A stretch of 64,000 bases of DNA from Candidatus Woesearchaeota archaeon (GTDB lineage Archaea > Nanobdellota > Nanobdellia > Woesearchaeales > GW2011-AR9): positions 192,001-256,000 of the forward strand of contig JABHQW010000008.1 in NCBI GenBank assembly GCA_018696595.1, given 5' to 3'. The position numbers and the translations under genes are program-made. The notes beneath the pieces are model-generated. The model had not been told where the DNA came from. It searched no databases and was given only the letters and a program-made list of their open reading frames with translations. This document shows, piece after piece, positions 20,541-31,256 of the stretch (position 1 is the first letter of the stretch; every line of letters begins with the position of its first letter).

Positions 20541-22265
20541 ATGACTAAAAGCAAAGAAGAAATTATTGAGGAAATGTTTGAGAAAGGAGTTTTAATTAGT
20601 GAAGACTTCTTGAAAAAGGAAGAGAATCAATCCTCTGATAATAAATTTACTGGAAAAATAGAAGCAGAAGAAGATTTATTAGTTCTTAATTCTGATTATG
20701 CTGAAGTAATTAAACAACAAACCAGTTTGGTAGATTGGCACGAATTAGATTCATTAAAAGTAGGATCCGAAAAAGAAAGAAACGACGATCTTTACCAAAA
20801 TGAACTTCAACAATTAAAAAAGTCAGAATTAGTTTTACAAAACAGCAACACTTCTAAAGAAACTTCTAGTTTAGAAGTAGAACTAAATGTTGAAGAAAAT
20901 GGAGCAACAACTTCAACCACTACAGAAACAAAATCCGAAGAACTTATTGAATCAAGTATGAATGTAATTGAACTTAATGAATCCGAAAAAAATAATTTGG
21001 CAATGCTGAAGAATGTAGAAATTGTTTTTTCTTATACAAATATTCCTTTCAAATACAAAATTAATGATTTTGGTAATATTTTCAGATCTCGTTATAAATG
21101 TTTAGAAAAATTGTTACGTAATAGACAAGAATTACGAAGTACTTTAACAATTAATAGAATATTGGGAAAAAAAGAAAAAGAAAAAGTTTCTATTATTGGC
21201 GTTATTGAAGATGTTGGAACAACAAGAAGTGGTCACATCATGTTAACTTTAGAAGATTTGACTGGAAAAATAAAAGTTCTTGTTTCTAAAAATAATAAAG
21301 ACCTATTTCCTTTAGCAAAAGAATTAGTTTATGATGAAGTAATTGGCATTACGGGCAATTGTGGGGATAAAATAATTTTTGCTAACAATATTATTTGGCC
21401 AGATATTCCTGAAACTAATGAAATGAGAAAAGGTAATAAAGAAGAATATGCTATTTTTCTTTCAGATCTTCATGTTGGTTCAAATGTATTTTTAGAGGAC
21501 GAATTCAATAAATTTTTACGTTGGATTCAAGGAGACACAGGTAATGATAAACAAAGAGAATTAGCCAATAAAGTTAAATATATTATTATTGCAGGAGATT
21601 TAGTTGACGGTATTGGAATTTATCCTACACATGAAGAAGACTTAAAAATTAAAGATATAAAAAAACAGTACGAAGAGGTTGTCAGGTTAATTAAAAAAAT
21701 ACCATTAAACAAAAAAATCATTGTTTGTCCAGGTAATCACGATTTAGTACATCTTGCAGAACCTCAACCAGTTTTCTATCCCGAATATACTCAATGTTTA
21801 TACGACCAACCAAACGTAATCGTTGTTAGTAATCCTGCAATGATTAATATTGGAAAGACTGAAGATTTTTCAGGATTTAATATTTTAATGTATCACGGAT
21901 GTAGTTTTGATTATTATGTTGCTAACGTTGAATCGATTCGTAATAACGGGGGATATCATCGAGCAGATTTAATTATGAAATTTTTGTTAAAAAGAAGACA
22001 TCTTGCTCCGGCATTTAAATCAGTACCTTATTTTCCAGGTCATAAAGAGGATCCTCTATTGATAAAAACCATTCCTGACTTTTTTGTAACAGGACACATT
22101 CATTATTCCAAGGTCGCCAATTATAAAGGTGTAACAATGATTTCAGGAAGTTGTTGGCAAGCAAAAACTTCGTTTCAAGAAAAGTTGGGACACGAACCAG
22201 AACCAGCAAGAGTTCCAGTTGTAAATTTAAAAACGAGAGAGGTAAAAATATTAAAATTTGTTTAG
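20541..22265 (+). CDS. polD1: DNA polymerase D small subunit (DP1)
   Basis: OB fold (LEDLTGKIKV) plus phosphoesterase motifs SDLHVGS, AGDLVDG, PGNHD, GHIH. Confidence 0.97.
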   Translation: MTKSKEEIIEEMFEKGVLISEDFLKKEENQSSDNKFTGKIEAEEDLLVLNSDYAEVIKQQTSLVDWHELDSLKVGSEKERNDDLYQNELQQLKKSELVLQNSNTSKETSSLEVELNVEENGATTSTTTETKSEELIESSMNVIELNESEKNNLAMLKNVEIVFSYTNIPFKYKINDFGNIFRSRYKCLEKLLRNRQELRSTLTINRILGKKEKEKVSIIGVIEDVGTTRSGHIMLTLEDLTGKIKVLVSKNNKDLFPLAKELVYDEVIGITGNCGDKIIFANNIIWPDIPETNEMRKGNKEEYAIFLSDLHVGSNVFLEDEFNKFLRWIQGDTGNDKQRELANKVKYIIIAGDLVDGIGIYPTHEEDLKIKDIKKQYEEVVRLIKKIPLNKKIIVCPGNHDLVHLAEPQPVFYPEYTQCLYDQPNVIVVSNPAMINIGKTEDFSGFNILMYHGCSFDYYVANVESIRNNGGYHRADLIMKFLLKRRHLAPAFKSVPYFPGHKEDPLLIKTIPDFFVTGHIHYSKVANYKGVTMISGSCWQAKTSFQEKLGHEPEPARVPVVNLKTREVKILKFV

Positions 22266-22292
22266 TTAAATAAAATGAAATAAAATAATAAA

Positions 22293-25200
22293 ATGTCTAA
22301 AGCATCCCCAGAAATAAAAAAGTACTTTGCCGTATTAAATGATGAAGTTAAACGTAGTTATGACTTAGCTGCAGAAGCACATAAAAAGAATCTTGATCCT
22401 GATAAAATTGTTCCAATTCCATTAGCAAAGAATATGGCCGAAAGAGTTGTTGGATTAATTTCAGTAGTAGCTCCACAAGTTTTAGAAACAAACATTACTG
22501 ATAGAATTATGGAATTAGAAAAGGAATACGGTTTATTAGATTGGCGAGTAGGATTTAAAATTGCTGAAGAAGTTGCTAAAGAAACATTTTGTAAATTTAA
22601 AGATAAACAGGAAGCAATTGAAATTGGAATTAGAGTAGGATTTGCTTATTTAACTTTAGGTATTGTATCTGCACCGTTGGAAGGTTTTATTGGAATTAAG
22701 ATTAAAAAACGAAAAGATGGAAAAGAATATTTTGCTTTACAATATGCTGGGCCAATTAGAGCGGCAGGAGGAACAGCATCTTCTGTTTCTGTCATTTTAA
22801 GTGATTATGTTCGAGTAAAATTAGGTTATGCTCCTTACGATCCCGATGAAACAGAAATTAATCGTTACAATGCAGAAGTTCATGATTACCATGAAAGAAT
22901 TACTAATTTACAATACCATCCTTCAGATGAAGAAGTAAAATTTATGGTTTCTCATTTACCTGTAGAAGTTGATGGTGATCCTACAGAAAAATTTGAAGTT
23001 TCCAATTTTAAAGATTTACCGAGAATTGAAACAAATTTAATTCGTGGCGGAGTTGCTTTAGTGTTAGCAGAAGGTTTATCTCAAAAAACACCTAAATTAT
23101 GGAAAAGGTTATCTAAATGGGGTAAAGATTTTGGGTTAGGGCATTGGGATTTCTTGAAGGATTTTTTAGATTTAAAAGATAAACTTCATGCCGAAGAGGA
23201 TGATGGGAAATCCGAAGCAGGTAAGGACGAAAAAAAAACAGTTAAAGCAAATAACACATTTATTATGGACTTAGTTGCTGGAAGACCCATATTAACTCAT
23301 CCTTTAGCAGTGGGAGGTTTTAGATTAAGATATGGCAGAACTAGAGTTACTGGTTTTTCTACTTGTGCTTTACATCCTGCAACCATGATTGTATTAAACA
23401 AGTTTATTGCTATTGGAACCCAAATTAAAACGGAGAGACCAGGAAAAGCTGCAACAACAACAGTTTGTGAAAGTTTAGAAGGGCCAATCGTAAGATTAAA
23501 TAATGGGTCTGTTAAACAATTAAAGACAGATATTGAAGCAAAAGAAGTTCTTAAAGACGTAGAAGAAATTGTTTTTTTAGGAGATATTTTATTTAATTAT
23601 GGGGATTTTTCTGAGAATGGACAAGATTTGGTTCCTGCTGGTTATTGTCACGAATGGTGGGCTTTAGAAGTCGAGAAAGCAATTAAAAATTTATATTCAG
23701 AAGATGAAATTAAAAAAGCTTCTGATTTATTGGAAATAGATCCAGAAGAATTAAAAAACTTTGTTGAAAAACCATTATACTTTTCTCCTGATTGGAACCA
23801 ATCATTAACACTTAGTAAGAAACTAAAAGTTCCTTTACATCCCGATTATACTTTTTATTGGAAATTAGTTTCCGGTAAAGATTTACTGATTTTAATGGAA
23901 TGGTTTAACGAAGGAAAAGTTAAGATTGATGAAAAGGGAATTAAAAAAATAATTTTTCCTTATGATGAAAAGATTGAAAAATACAAATTAGCAAAGAAAA
24001 CATTAGAAAATTTAGGGGTTACCCATCAATTAATTAACAAAGAAAATTTAGTTTTAGCTAGGAAAGAAGCGAACATTTTTGCTTTTTGTTTAGATTTTAA
24101 GGATCAGAAAGGACTAGAAGGAACGAAATTAACTAAGGAACTAGTTGAAAATAAAGATGGTTTAGAAGTTATTAATTATATCTGTGATGTTGAAATAAGA
24201 GATAAAGCTGGAACTTTTATTGGGGCAAGAATGGGCCGTCCTGAAAAAGCTAAAATGAGAAAAATGACTGGATCTCCCCAAGTAATGTTTCCTGTTGGTG
24301 AAGAGGGAGACCGAATGCGAAGTTTTCAAGCTGCTCTTAAAGTAGGAAAAATAAGAAACACTTTTCCTCATTTTTATTGTACTAAATGTAAAAAAGAAAT
24401 GATTTATTCTAATTGTGAAGAATGTAATAACGAATGCGAAAAAAAGTATCACTGTCGATTTTGCGGCGATTTAGAAAAAGAAACTTGTCGTCATGGTGAT
24501 GCAAATCCTTTCAGAACAACAGATATTGACATTAAATATTATTTTAATAAAGCTAAAGAAAGGATTGGAGAAAGATTACATCCAGACTTAATCAAAGGTG
24601 TACGCGGTACATCAAACAAAGAACACGTCATGGAACATTTATCTAAAGGGATTCTGAGAGCTAAACATAATATTTATGTGAATAAAGATGGCACTACTCG
24701 TTATGATGGAACAGAAATGCCTATCACTCATTTTAAACCAAGAGAAATTAAAACTTCTGTTGAAAAGTTAAAAAAATTAGGCTACAATAAGGATGTATAT
24801 GGAAATGAAATAGAAAATGATGATCAAATAATAGAAATAAAACCACAAGATGTTATTTTGCCAGGGTTCAATTCTTTGGAAGAATCAGGGCCACAAGTAT
24901 TGTTTAGGGTTGCAAATTTCATTGATGAATTATTAGTTAAATTTTATGGATTAAAACCTTTTTATAATTTAGAATCTGAAGAGGATTTAGTTGGACATTT
25001 AGTTATTGGCTTAGCACCACATATTTCTGCAGGATTAATAGGGAGAATTATTGGTTTTTCTGAAACCCAAGGATTATTGACCCACCCAATGTATCACGCT
25101 GGAATGCGTAGAGACTGTGATGGCGATGAAGCGGCAGTACTACTTTTAATGGATGCTTTGTTGAATTTTTCTCGTCAGTACTTGCCCGAGAGACGTGGAG

Positions 25201-25886
25201 CAAAAACAATGGATGCCCCATTAGTATTAACTTCAACTTTAGTGCCTTCGGAAGTAGACGACCAAGTTCATGGAATGGATGTTGTTTGGAAATATCCTTT
25301 AGAACTTTATGAAGCCGCTTTAGAAATGAAAAAACCATGGGAAGTTTTAGTTGATGGAAAGAAGATTGAACAATTGGGTGATCGATTAGAAACTGCGGCA
25401 CAATATGAAAATTTTGGTTATACTCATTGGGTAAATAATTTTAACAAAGGAGTTCTTTGTTCTGATTATAAAACATTACCTACAATGGAGGCAAAATTGT
25501 TTGGACAGATGGAAATTGCTCAAAAAGTACGTGCAGTTGATATGGATGATGTTGCTAAGTTAGTTATTCAAAAACATTTTTTGAAAGATATTAAAGGTAA
25601 TCTTCGTAAATTCAGTATGCAACAATTCCGTTGTGTTGGATGTAACACTAAGTTTAGGCGTCCTCCTTTGTCTGGAAAATGTCATGAATGTAAAACCGGA
25701 AAAATAATATTTACAATTTCACATGGATCGGTAATAAAATATTTGGGTCATTCAATGAGATTGGCGGAGGAATATAACTTTTCTCCATATTTGAAACAAA
25801 CACTTGATTTGTTACAATTGAATGTAGAAGATGTTTTTGGCAGAGAGAAAGAGAAACAAGCAGGATTAGGGGATTTTATTGGTTAG
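22293..25886 (+). CDS. polD2: DNA polymerase D large subunit (DP2)
   Basis: GPIRAAGGT, GFRLRYGR, GARMGRPEKAK, catalytic RRDCDGDE, Zn fingers; no intein. Confidence 0.98.
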   Translation: MSKASPEIKKYFAVLNDEVKRSYDLAAEAHKKNLDPDKIVPIPLAKNMAERVVGLISVVAPQVLETNITDRIMELEKEYGLLDWRVGFKIAEEVAKETFCKFKDKQEAIEIGIRVGFAYLTLGIVSAPLEGFIGIKIKKRKDGKEYFALQYAGPIRAAGGTASSVSVILSDYVRVKLGYAPYDPDETEINRYNAEVHDYHERITNLQYHPSDEEVKFMVSHLPVEVDGDPTEKFEVSNFKDLPRIETNLIRGGVALVLAEGLSQKTPKLWKRLSKWGKDFGLGHWDFLKDFLDLKDKLHAEEDDGKSEAGKDEKKTVKANNTFIMDLVAGRPILTHPLAVGGFRLRYGRTRVTGFSTCALHPATMIVLNKFIAIGTQIKTERPGKAATTTVCESLEGPIVRLNNGSVKQLKTDIEAKEVLKDVEEIVFLGDILFNYGDFSENGQDLVPAGYCHEWWALEVEKAIKNLYSEDEIKKASDLLEIDPEELKNFVEKPLYFSPDWNQSLTLSKKLKVPLHPDYTFYWKLVSGKDLLILMEWFNEGKVKIDEKGIKKIIFPYDEKIEKYKLAKKTLENLGVTHQLINKENLVLARKEANIFAFCLDFKDQKGLEGTKLTKELVENKDGLEVINYICDVEIRDKAGTFIGARMGRPEKAKMRKMTGSPQVMFPVGEEGDRMRSFQAALKVGKIRNTFPHFYCTKCKKEMIYSNCEECNNECEKKYHCRFCGDLEKETCRHGDANPFRTTDIDIKYYFNKAKERIGERLHPDLIKGVRGTSNKEHVMEHLSKGILRAKHNIYVNKDGTTRYDGTEMPITHFKPREIKTSVEKLKKLGYNKDVYGNEIENDDQIIEIKPQDVILPGFNSLEESGPQVLFRVANFIDELLVKFYGLKPFYNLESEEDLVGHLVIGLAPHISAGLIGRIIGFSETQGLLTHPMYHAGMRRDCDGDEAAVLLLMDALLNFSRQYLPERRGAKTMDAPLVLTSTLVPSEVDDQVHGMDVVWKYPLELYEAALEMKKPWEVLVDGKKIEQLGDRLETAAQYENFGYTHWVNNFNKGVLCSDYKTLPTMEAKLFGQMEIAQKVRAVDMDDVAKLVIQKHFLKDIKGNLRKFSMQQFRCVGCNTKFRRPPLSGKCHECKTGKIIFTISHGSVIKYLGHSMRLAEEYNFSPYLKQTLDLLQLNVEDVFGREKEKQAGLGDFIG

Positions 25887-26177
25887 TTATTCTGCTACCA
25901 ACAATACTTCTGCATGAGGAATATCTTTAATTGTAATCACTTTATCAACCAAGTCTAATTCTTTACCGAAAGCTACTGCTTCTTTGCCAGTTAAATGTAA
26001 AACATAAGCATCGTTAAGAAGTTGTTTAATTTCTTCAACATTCTTTTCTTCACCTTGATAGAATTCTTTAGTTAAATCTAATTGCTTTTTTCCTTCTTCA
26101 AAGATTTTTCCAACTAAATTAGAATCTGTAATAATTAAAATAGTTCCATTAGGGGTATTTTTTTGATTAACAATCAT
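25887..26177 (-). CDS. DUF424-family protein
   Basis: ILIITDSNLVGKIF...FYQGE...LHLTGKEAV...IPHA pattern. Confidence 0.75.
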   Translation of the reverse strand: MIVNQKNTPNGTILIITDSNLVGKIFEEGKKQLDLTKEFYQGEEKNVEEIKQLLNDAYVLHLTGKEAVAFGKELDLVDKVITIKDIPHAEVLLVAE

Positions 26178-26584
26178 CTTAAACTCTTAACTGGTTTTTT
26201 AACACCGCAAGCTAAACATTTCAAATAAGTAATTTCTTTTTCTTCACTTAATTCTGTGTCTGGCTTATTACATTCAGAACAGAAAACAAATTCAGAAGCA
26301 TATTTTTTTATTTTTTTATTAATTTTCGTAGCAGAAACTTTTGTTCCTAAAAGAACCCGGTCCCTAACAACCTTACCAGGAGTAGCTAATTCCTTTAACA
26401 AATATTTTAACAAATGTTGCACATCTCTGCCTAAAGTTTTAGCGATTGCGTGTAAGTTTACTAATACTGTTTTTTTACCTTCTAGGTGGCCTTTGATTTT
26501 TTCAATAGTAAATCTTTCTCCACCAGCAACATTTTCAGGCAATTCTTCCTGTGCTTTTTTCAATAATGCTTCATAATCTTCCAT
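26174..26584 (-). CDS. eif2b: Translation initiation factor aIF2 beta subunit
   Basis: YEALLKKA, HLLKYLLKELAT, C-terminal CSECNKPDT...CLACG zinc ribbon. Confidence 0.95.
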   Translation of the reverse strand: MEDYEALLKKAQEELPENVAGGERFTIEKIKGHLEGKKTVLVNLHAIAKTLGRDVQHLLKYLLKELATPGKVVRDRVLLGTKVSATKINKKIKKYASEFVFCSECNKPDTELSEEKEITYLKCLACGVKKPVKSLR

Positions 26585-26661
26585 GTTTACCTTAATTTAG
26601 AGGTGAATTTATAAAGTTTTAGTTAGATTTTTATATTATTAACTTTATTCTACTTTTACAA

Positions 26662-27561
26662 ATGAAAGTATTTCCATTTATTAAGATTGAAAAGAAGAAT
26701 TATCCTACAGTAATTATGGGTGAAGACCACTTTACTGGTTGGTTTAAGAAGTGTAAACCATACAACTCTGAAAAAGAAAGAGAAGAAGATTATAAAATTA
26801 CTCTTGAAACTGCTTATTCTAAAGGCGTAAGAGGGTTTAGTATGTCTCCCCACTTGGGATTAATCAAAATTCTCAAACAATTTAAACAAAAACATCCAGA
26901 AATTGTTTGTATCTCCAATCATCATTGGAAATCTAGTTATTATGTTGGAAAAGAATCATTGTGGGAAGAAAAAAACATGAAAAAACTTGTTAATTTCGCT
27001 GCATCTAAGGTAGATAAAGAAATGTTGAACAAATACTATTGGTTCAAAAACAATGATCATGATTTTTTTTCTAAAAAGGAAATTAATCAGTTCAGGTTAG
27101 ACGAAAAAGAATATAAGGTTCAATTGAAACAGTTTAAAGGTTTTTGTGATTTTTGTCTTGTTGGCAACTTAGGAATTAGCTCTTTGATTTTACACAAAAG
27201 AACAGATATTATCAAAAGAGAAATTGAGTTAGCTAGAAAAGAAGGATTAATTCCCTTATTAATGTGCGAAGGAGGGGGGCTTGCATTACCTGCTGCGGAG
27301 AATTTAGATGTTGCGGGAAGTTGGTTATGTATTAATCAATCTTGTGTATTTCCAAATTTTGAGGTTACTTTAGAAACTATCAAGAAATCAACCAAGCCAA
27401 TTACAGCATATAAAATATTAACTAATCCAGAAGGTTTTAATTTAAAAAAATCAATCTCTTTCATAAAAAATATTAAACAAATTAAATCAATAGTTATTGG
27501 TGTAGATGGAAAGAAACAAGCAGAAGAAACGTTTACTGGGCTAAGAGATTATTGGCAGTAA
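26662..27561 (+). CDS. Hypothetical TIM-barrel protein, aldo/keto-reductase-like
   Basis: N-terminal TVIMG...TAYSKGV and C-terminal PITAYKIL...IVIGVDGKKQAEE resemble AKR strands; catalytic residues not evident. Confidence 0.45.
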   Translation: MKVFPFIKIEKKNYPTVIMGEDHFTGWFKKCKPYNSEKEREEDYKITLETAYSKGVRGFSMSPHLGLIKILKQFKQKHPEIVCISNHHWKSSYYVGKESLWEEKNMKKLVNFAASKVDKEMLNKYYWFKNNDHDFFSKKEINQFRLDEKEYKVQLKQFKGFCDFCLVGNLGISSLILHKRTDIIKREIELARKEGLIPLLMCEGGGLALPAAENLDVAGSWLCINQSCVFPNFEVTLETIKKSTKPITAYKILTNPEGFNLKKSISFIKNIKQIKSIVIGVDGKKQAEETFTGLRDYWQ

Positions 27562-27600
27562 ACTTTTTTTAGTAAATTATATATGATCAGAAAGAATAAT

Positions 27601-28656
27601 TTAATTAATATTTCTCTTCAATCTTTGAATTAAAGAAAGTTTAATCTTCCTAAGTTCGGATTTATTTAACGTTACTCTTTCTGTTTTAGCTTCATAAACC
27701 TTAGAAAACAGTTTAGCTAATTTTTTCTTTTCAAACGGAGCACCAGGACAAATATAATCTAAACATAAAGAAATTTTTGCTGGTTTGTATTTTTCATTTA
27801 ATTCTGAACAAACTCTTTTTACAGTATTACCATTAAATAAATTATTATCAATAATAAGAATCTTCTTTCCAGCAATTTGTCTAAGACTGCTAATCTCTTT
27901 AAAACTCAAATCGTTTTCCGTTTTTGCATGTTTACCATGAATTCTTCCACATTTGACATATTTAATCTTATTCTTAGAAAAATCTAATAATTCAAACAGT
28001 AAAGTTTGTGTTAAACCACCTCTTAAAATACAAATAATATAATTATAATCTTTTTTAGAAATGATTGATTGGGTTGAAGAAAGAATATAACTGGGAAATC
28101 CTTTTAATCTATGATCACGATGAAACTGATCTACAAAACTTTTCAAATCATTTTTGAAATATTTATGGAACTTTTTTTTGTAATTAATAAAAGTGTACTT
28201 GGCCAACAATAAGATTAATTCTTTATCTAGAGAATCTAACTTAGCTAATACTTTCTTTTTATATTCTGTTCTTAAATATTCAATTTTATTTCTGAGAAAC
28301 AAAAGATTAATAAAAATAGCCATCGCTAACTTTTTATCTTTTTTTTTAATATATTTCTTAGAATTTTTAATATGGTGTTTCAAGTAAAGGTTAATCTCAG
28401 AAAATTGATAATTATATCTTAACCATTCTTTTTCATCTTTATTAAATTTTTTATAATTGGAAATTATATTTTTACATAAATCATAAAGATAAATTAAATC
28501 TTTTTTTTGGAATGTTTTGTACTTTAATAATTTACTAATTTTTTCTTGCTTTATATTTATTTTATTTTCTAAAATTAACTTTAATTTGTTGTTATTGTGG
28601 GTCTTGTTTATTTGTTCAATACTTACAACAATTTCTTTAATTTCTTTTAACATCAT
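27601..28656 (-). CDS. Type I phosphoribosyltransferase domain with N-terminal helical extension
   Basis: ICILRGG and KKILIIDNNLFNGNTV (variant PRPP loop); very AT-rich ORF. Confidence 0.65.
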   Translation of the reverse strand: MMLKEIKEIVVSIEQINKTHNNNKLKLILENKINIKQEKISKLLKYKTFQKKDLIYLYDLCKNIISNYKKFNKDEKEWLRYNYQFSEINLYLKHHIKNSKKYIKKKDKKLAMAIFINLLFLRNKIEYLRTEYKKKVLAKLDSLDKELILLLAKYTFINYKKKFHKYFKNDLKSFVDQFHRDHRLKGFPSYILSSTQSIISKKDYNYIICILRGGLTQTLLFELLDFSKNKIKYVKCGRIHGKHAKTENDLSFKEISSLRQIAGKKILIIDNNLFNGNTVKRVCSELNEKYKPAKISLCLDYICPGAPFEKKKLAKLFSKVYEAKTERVTLNKSELRKIKLSLIQRLKRNIN

Positions 28657-28734
28657 TTAAAATAAATTCAAAGTAATATATAAAACTTAACTTTCATCAA
28701 AAGACTTAAAAGGAATAACATAAACTTAATTAAG

Positions 28735-30117
28735 ATGAGTTTAATTAATACTTCGGAGTCTCAAAACGAAAAAAGACCTTTAAAACGTGCAATGTCTGGT
28801 TTTGAAGTTGAAATGCATATTCTTAATTCTGATGGTAGTATGAGTTACAAAGGATTTGAATTAACACAAAAAGTTAAAGAAAAATATCCTGAAGTGGATG
28901 TTGTTAAGGAATGTGGAAAAAATATGTTAGAACTAGGATGTTATCCTTGTGTCAATTCTTATAACCCGGCTTTAGAAATGATTGATTCTATTGAAAAGGT
29001 TATTGAAGTTGCTAAAGAAAATAATTTGATTGTATTCCCTTTTAGTACTTATCCTGGCCATATAAAAACAAAGTTCACCCCAGATATTACTGGAAAATAT
29101 AAAATCCAAGAAAAAATATTTGGAAAAGAAAAATTTAGCCTAGCTACAAAAGTGGTGGGATTTCATCATCATTATGCATTTCCTAAAGGGGTTTTTGACA
29201 ACAATAAAAAAGAATTAAAATTATTGATTGATAGTAAACTGAAAAGAAGTCTTATCAACAGTTATAATTTTGAAATTGCAATTGATCCCATTCTTACACT
29301 TTTAACCCAATCTTCTCCTTTTTTTGAGGGAAAAGTATTTGCAAAAAATTCTAGAATTGTGGTTTATCGGGGAGGAAAGAAATTAGACCATCCTGGCTTT
29401 TATGATGAGTGTCAAATTATGGGCGCACTTCCCCCTTACAAACAAACCGAAACAGATTTACTGAGCAGTCTTAAACTTAAGGAAAGAAAATGGGAGAAGT
29501 TGATCAAAAAAGTTAATCCCAACATAAATTTTCGAGAATTATATCCTTATAGTTTAGATATCTCTTGGAATCCTGTTAAAATAAACAAACATGGGACTTT
29601 AGAACAGAGAGGATTAGATGTAAATTATATGAGTACTATGTTTGCAGTCTCTGCGTTAATTAAATTTACACTTAAAAAAATTCAACGTGATTTTATTGAA
29701 GTAATACCTGCAGACTTAGGCATATCAGACTCCTTCAAAATCAGAAAAGGGATTATGTTTATTCCACCTCATACTTATGTTAGAAAGAAATTACAAAAGG
29801 CAAGCGCATACGAAGGTTTTGCAAATAAAGAACTTTATGAGTATACTAAAAGATTTTTCAGACTTGCCAAATCTCTTGCTCCAAAATATTACTTGCCTTT
29901 GATAAAAAAAATAGAAATAATGATAAAGAAAAAACGTTCTTTGTCTGATGAAATGTTAACTTTGGCGAAACGTAAAGGGTGGGTTGATAAAAAAGGAAAA
30001 ATTTCTTATAAACATGCAAAGGAGTTTGGATGTTATTATTCTGAAAAGTTCGAAAAAGATCTTATTGAAACTAAACAAATTGTAACAAAAATCATGGAAG
30101 AACATAAGAAAATATAA
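28735..30117 (+). CDS. Glutamate-cysteine ligase family 2 (GCS2/YbdK-like) carboxylate-amine ligase
   Basis: GFEVEMH, ECGKNMLEL, GFHHHY, TLEQRGLD motifs. Confidence 0.75.
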   Translation: MSLINTSESQNEKRPLKRAMSGFEVEMHILNSDGSMSYKGFELTQKVKEKYPEVDVVKECGKNMLELGCYPCVNSYNPALEMIDSIEKVIEVAKENNLIVFPFSTYPGHIKTKFTPDITGKYKIQEKIFGKEKFSLATKVVGFHHHYAFPKGVFDNNKKELKLLIDSKLKRSLINSYNFEIAIDPILTLLTQSSPFFEGKVFAKNSRIVVYRGGKKLDHPGFYDECQIMGALPPYKQTETDLLSSLKLKERKWEKLIKKVNPNINFRELYPYSLDISWNPVKINKHGTLEQRGLDVNYMSTMFAVSALIKFTLKKIQRDFIEVIPADLGISDSFKIRKGIMFIPPHTYVRKKLQKASAYEGFANKELYEYTKRFFRLAKSLAPKYYLPLIKKIEIMIKKKRSLSDEMLTLAKRKGWVDKKGKISYKHAKEFGCYYSEKFEKDLIETKQIVTKIMEEHKKI

Positions 30118-30201
30118 TCTTTTTACTTCTCCCGTCCAAAACGTTTATATACCTTTAAGTAATTATTAAGGTATCATATTTAAAAAAGAGGTGAAAATAA
30201 A

Positions 30202-30429
30202 ATGGCAGGTTTAGAATTAGCTGAAGTGATTCTTGCAGTGATTATTGGAACATTAGCAGCAATCGTTTATTCACTAAGAGTGTTAATACTTTTAGAGAGA
30301 AGAGTTGCGTCAATGGAAATGAATATCCAAAAAATGACTAGTAGGGTTCTCAAAGAAGAAATGGTTATCGAAAGAATAATCAAGAAGAAAAGAGCTTCTC
30401 CAAAAAAATCTAGAAAGAGAAAAAGATAA
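30202..30429 (+). CDS. Small membrane protein with basic tail
   Basis: SD GAGGTG, one TM helix, coiled coil, K/R-rich end. Confidence 0.75.
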   Translation: MAGLELAEVILAVIIGTLAAIVYSLRVLILLERRVASMEMNIQKMTSRVLKEEMVIERIIKKKRASPKKSRKRKR

Positions 30430-30431
30430 AT

Positions 30432-31256
30432 TTATTTTTTCTTTTTATTAACTTTCTTTTTAATTGTTTTTTTAACTGTTTTTTTTTTAGCAACAGTTTT
30501 TTTCTTACCTCTTAAAGAGGTACCAGAAATCTTAGATTTCTTAGTAATAACTTTCTTTTTAATTGGTTTCTTTTTAGTTACTTTTTTCTTAGTAACTGGT
30601 TTCTTTTTTATTGTCTTTTTCTTTACGACCTTCTTCTTAACAACTTTCTTTTTTGCTTCTTTTTTCTTTTCTTTAATTATGACTCTTTTAACATCGCGTT
30701 GTTCTTTTTTCAGATCTTCTTCAATCTTTTCAATTACTTTCTTAATTTTAGCAATATTAGCTTCATTACTAGTATCTTGAGTAATCAGTTCACCACATTC
30801 AGGACAATGGAATTCAAAGTCCATTCCTTGATCAAAATTTAATCTTACACAATCGTTCGGACAAATAAAGAATAGCTCTTTTTCTTCTTCTAACATCTTT
30901 TCATTTAATCTTACTAATTGTTCTCTTTTCCTTTTGAAGTAAATGAATCTGATACTTTCAGGAATAAGAGTCCAATAATAAATGTACCAACCTTTTTCTT
31001 TGTCTTTTTTACGATTAAACCCGACTAAATTATTATTATAAAGAAGATAAAGCATTTTTCTAACAATCTTAATGTCATATTTGGTTCTTTTAGCTAAATC
31101 AAACTCAGAAACATTTTCTTTTCCATAGAGCTCTTTAATCAAAAGTAATCCTTCTTCTCCAAGAATTGGTAAAGTGATCTCTTCAATCTTATTTTGAGTT
31201 AAACGCATAGTCTTATATTGGTATTTGTCCCTTTTAAACCTTTCGGTTTTCATCAC
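30432..31256 (-). CDS. tfe: Transcription factor E alpha with Lys-rich C-terminal tail
   Basis: wH (VRKMLYLLYNNNLV...GWYIYYW) plus Zn ribbon FICPNDC...FHCPECG. Confidence 0.92.
   Translation of the reverse strand: MMKTERFKRDKYQYKTMRLTQNKIEEITLPILGEEGLLLIKELYGKENVSEFDLAKRTKYDIKIVRKMLYLLYNNNLVGFNRKKDKEKGWYIYYWTLIPESIRFIYFKRKREQLVRLNEKMLEEEKELFFICPNDCVRLNFDQGMDFEFHCPECGELITQDTSNEANIAKIKKVIEKIEEDLKKEQRDVKRVIIKEKKKEAKKKVVKKKVVKKKTIKKKPVTKKKVTKKKPIKKKVITKKSKISGTSLRGKKKTVAKKKTVKKTIKKKVNKKKK

Noticed and set aside
14320-25886. Inteins in MCM, Cdc6 or DP2
   Set aside because: Protein lengths are normal and there are no splice-junction or LAGLIDADG motifs.
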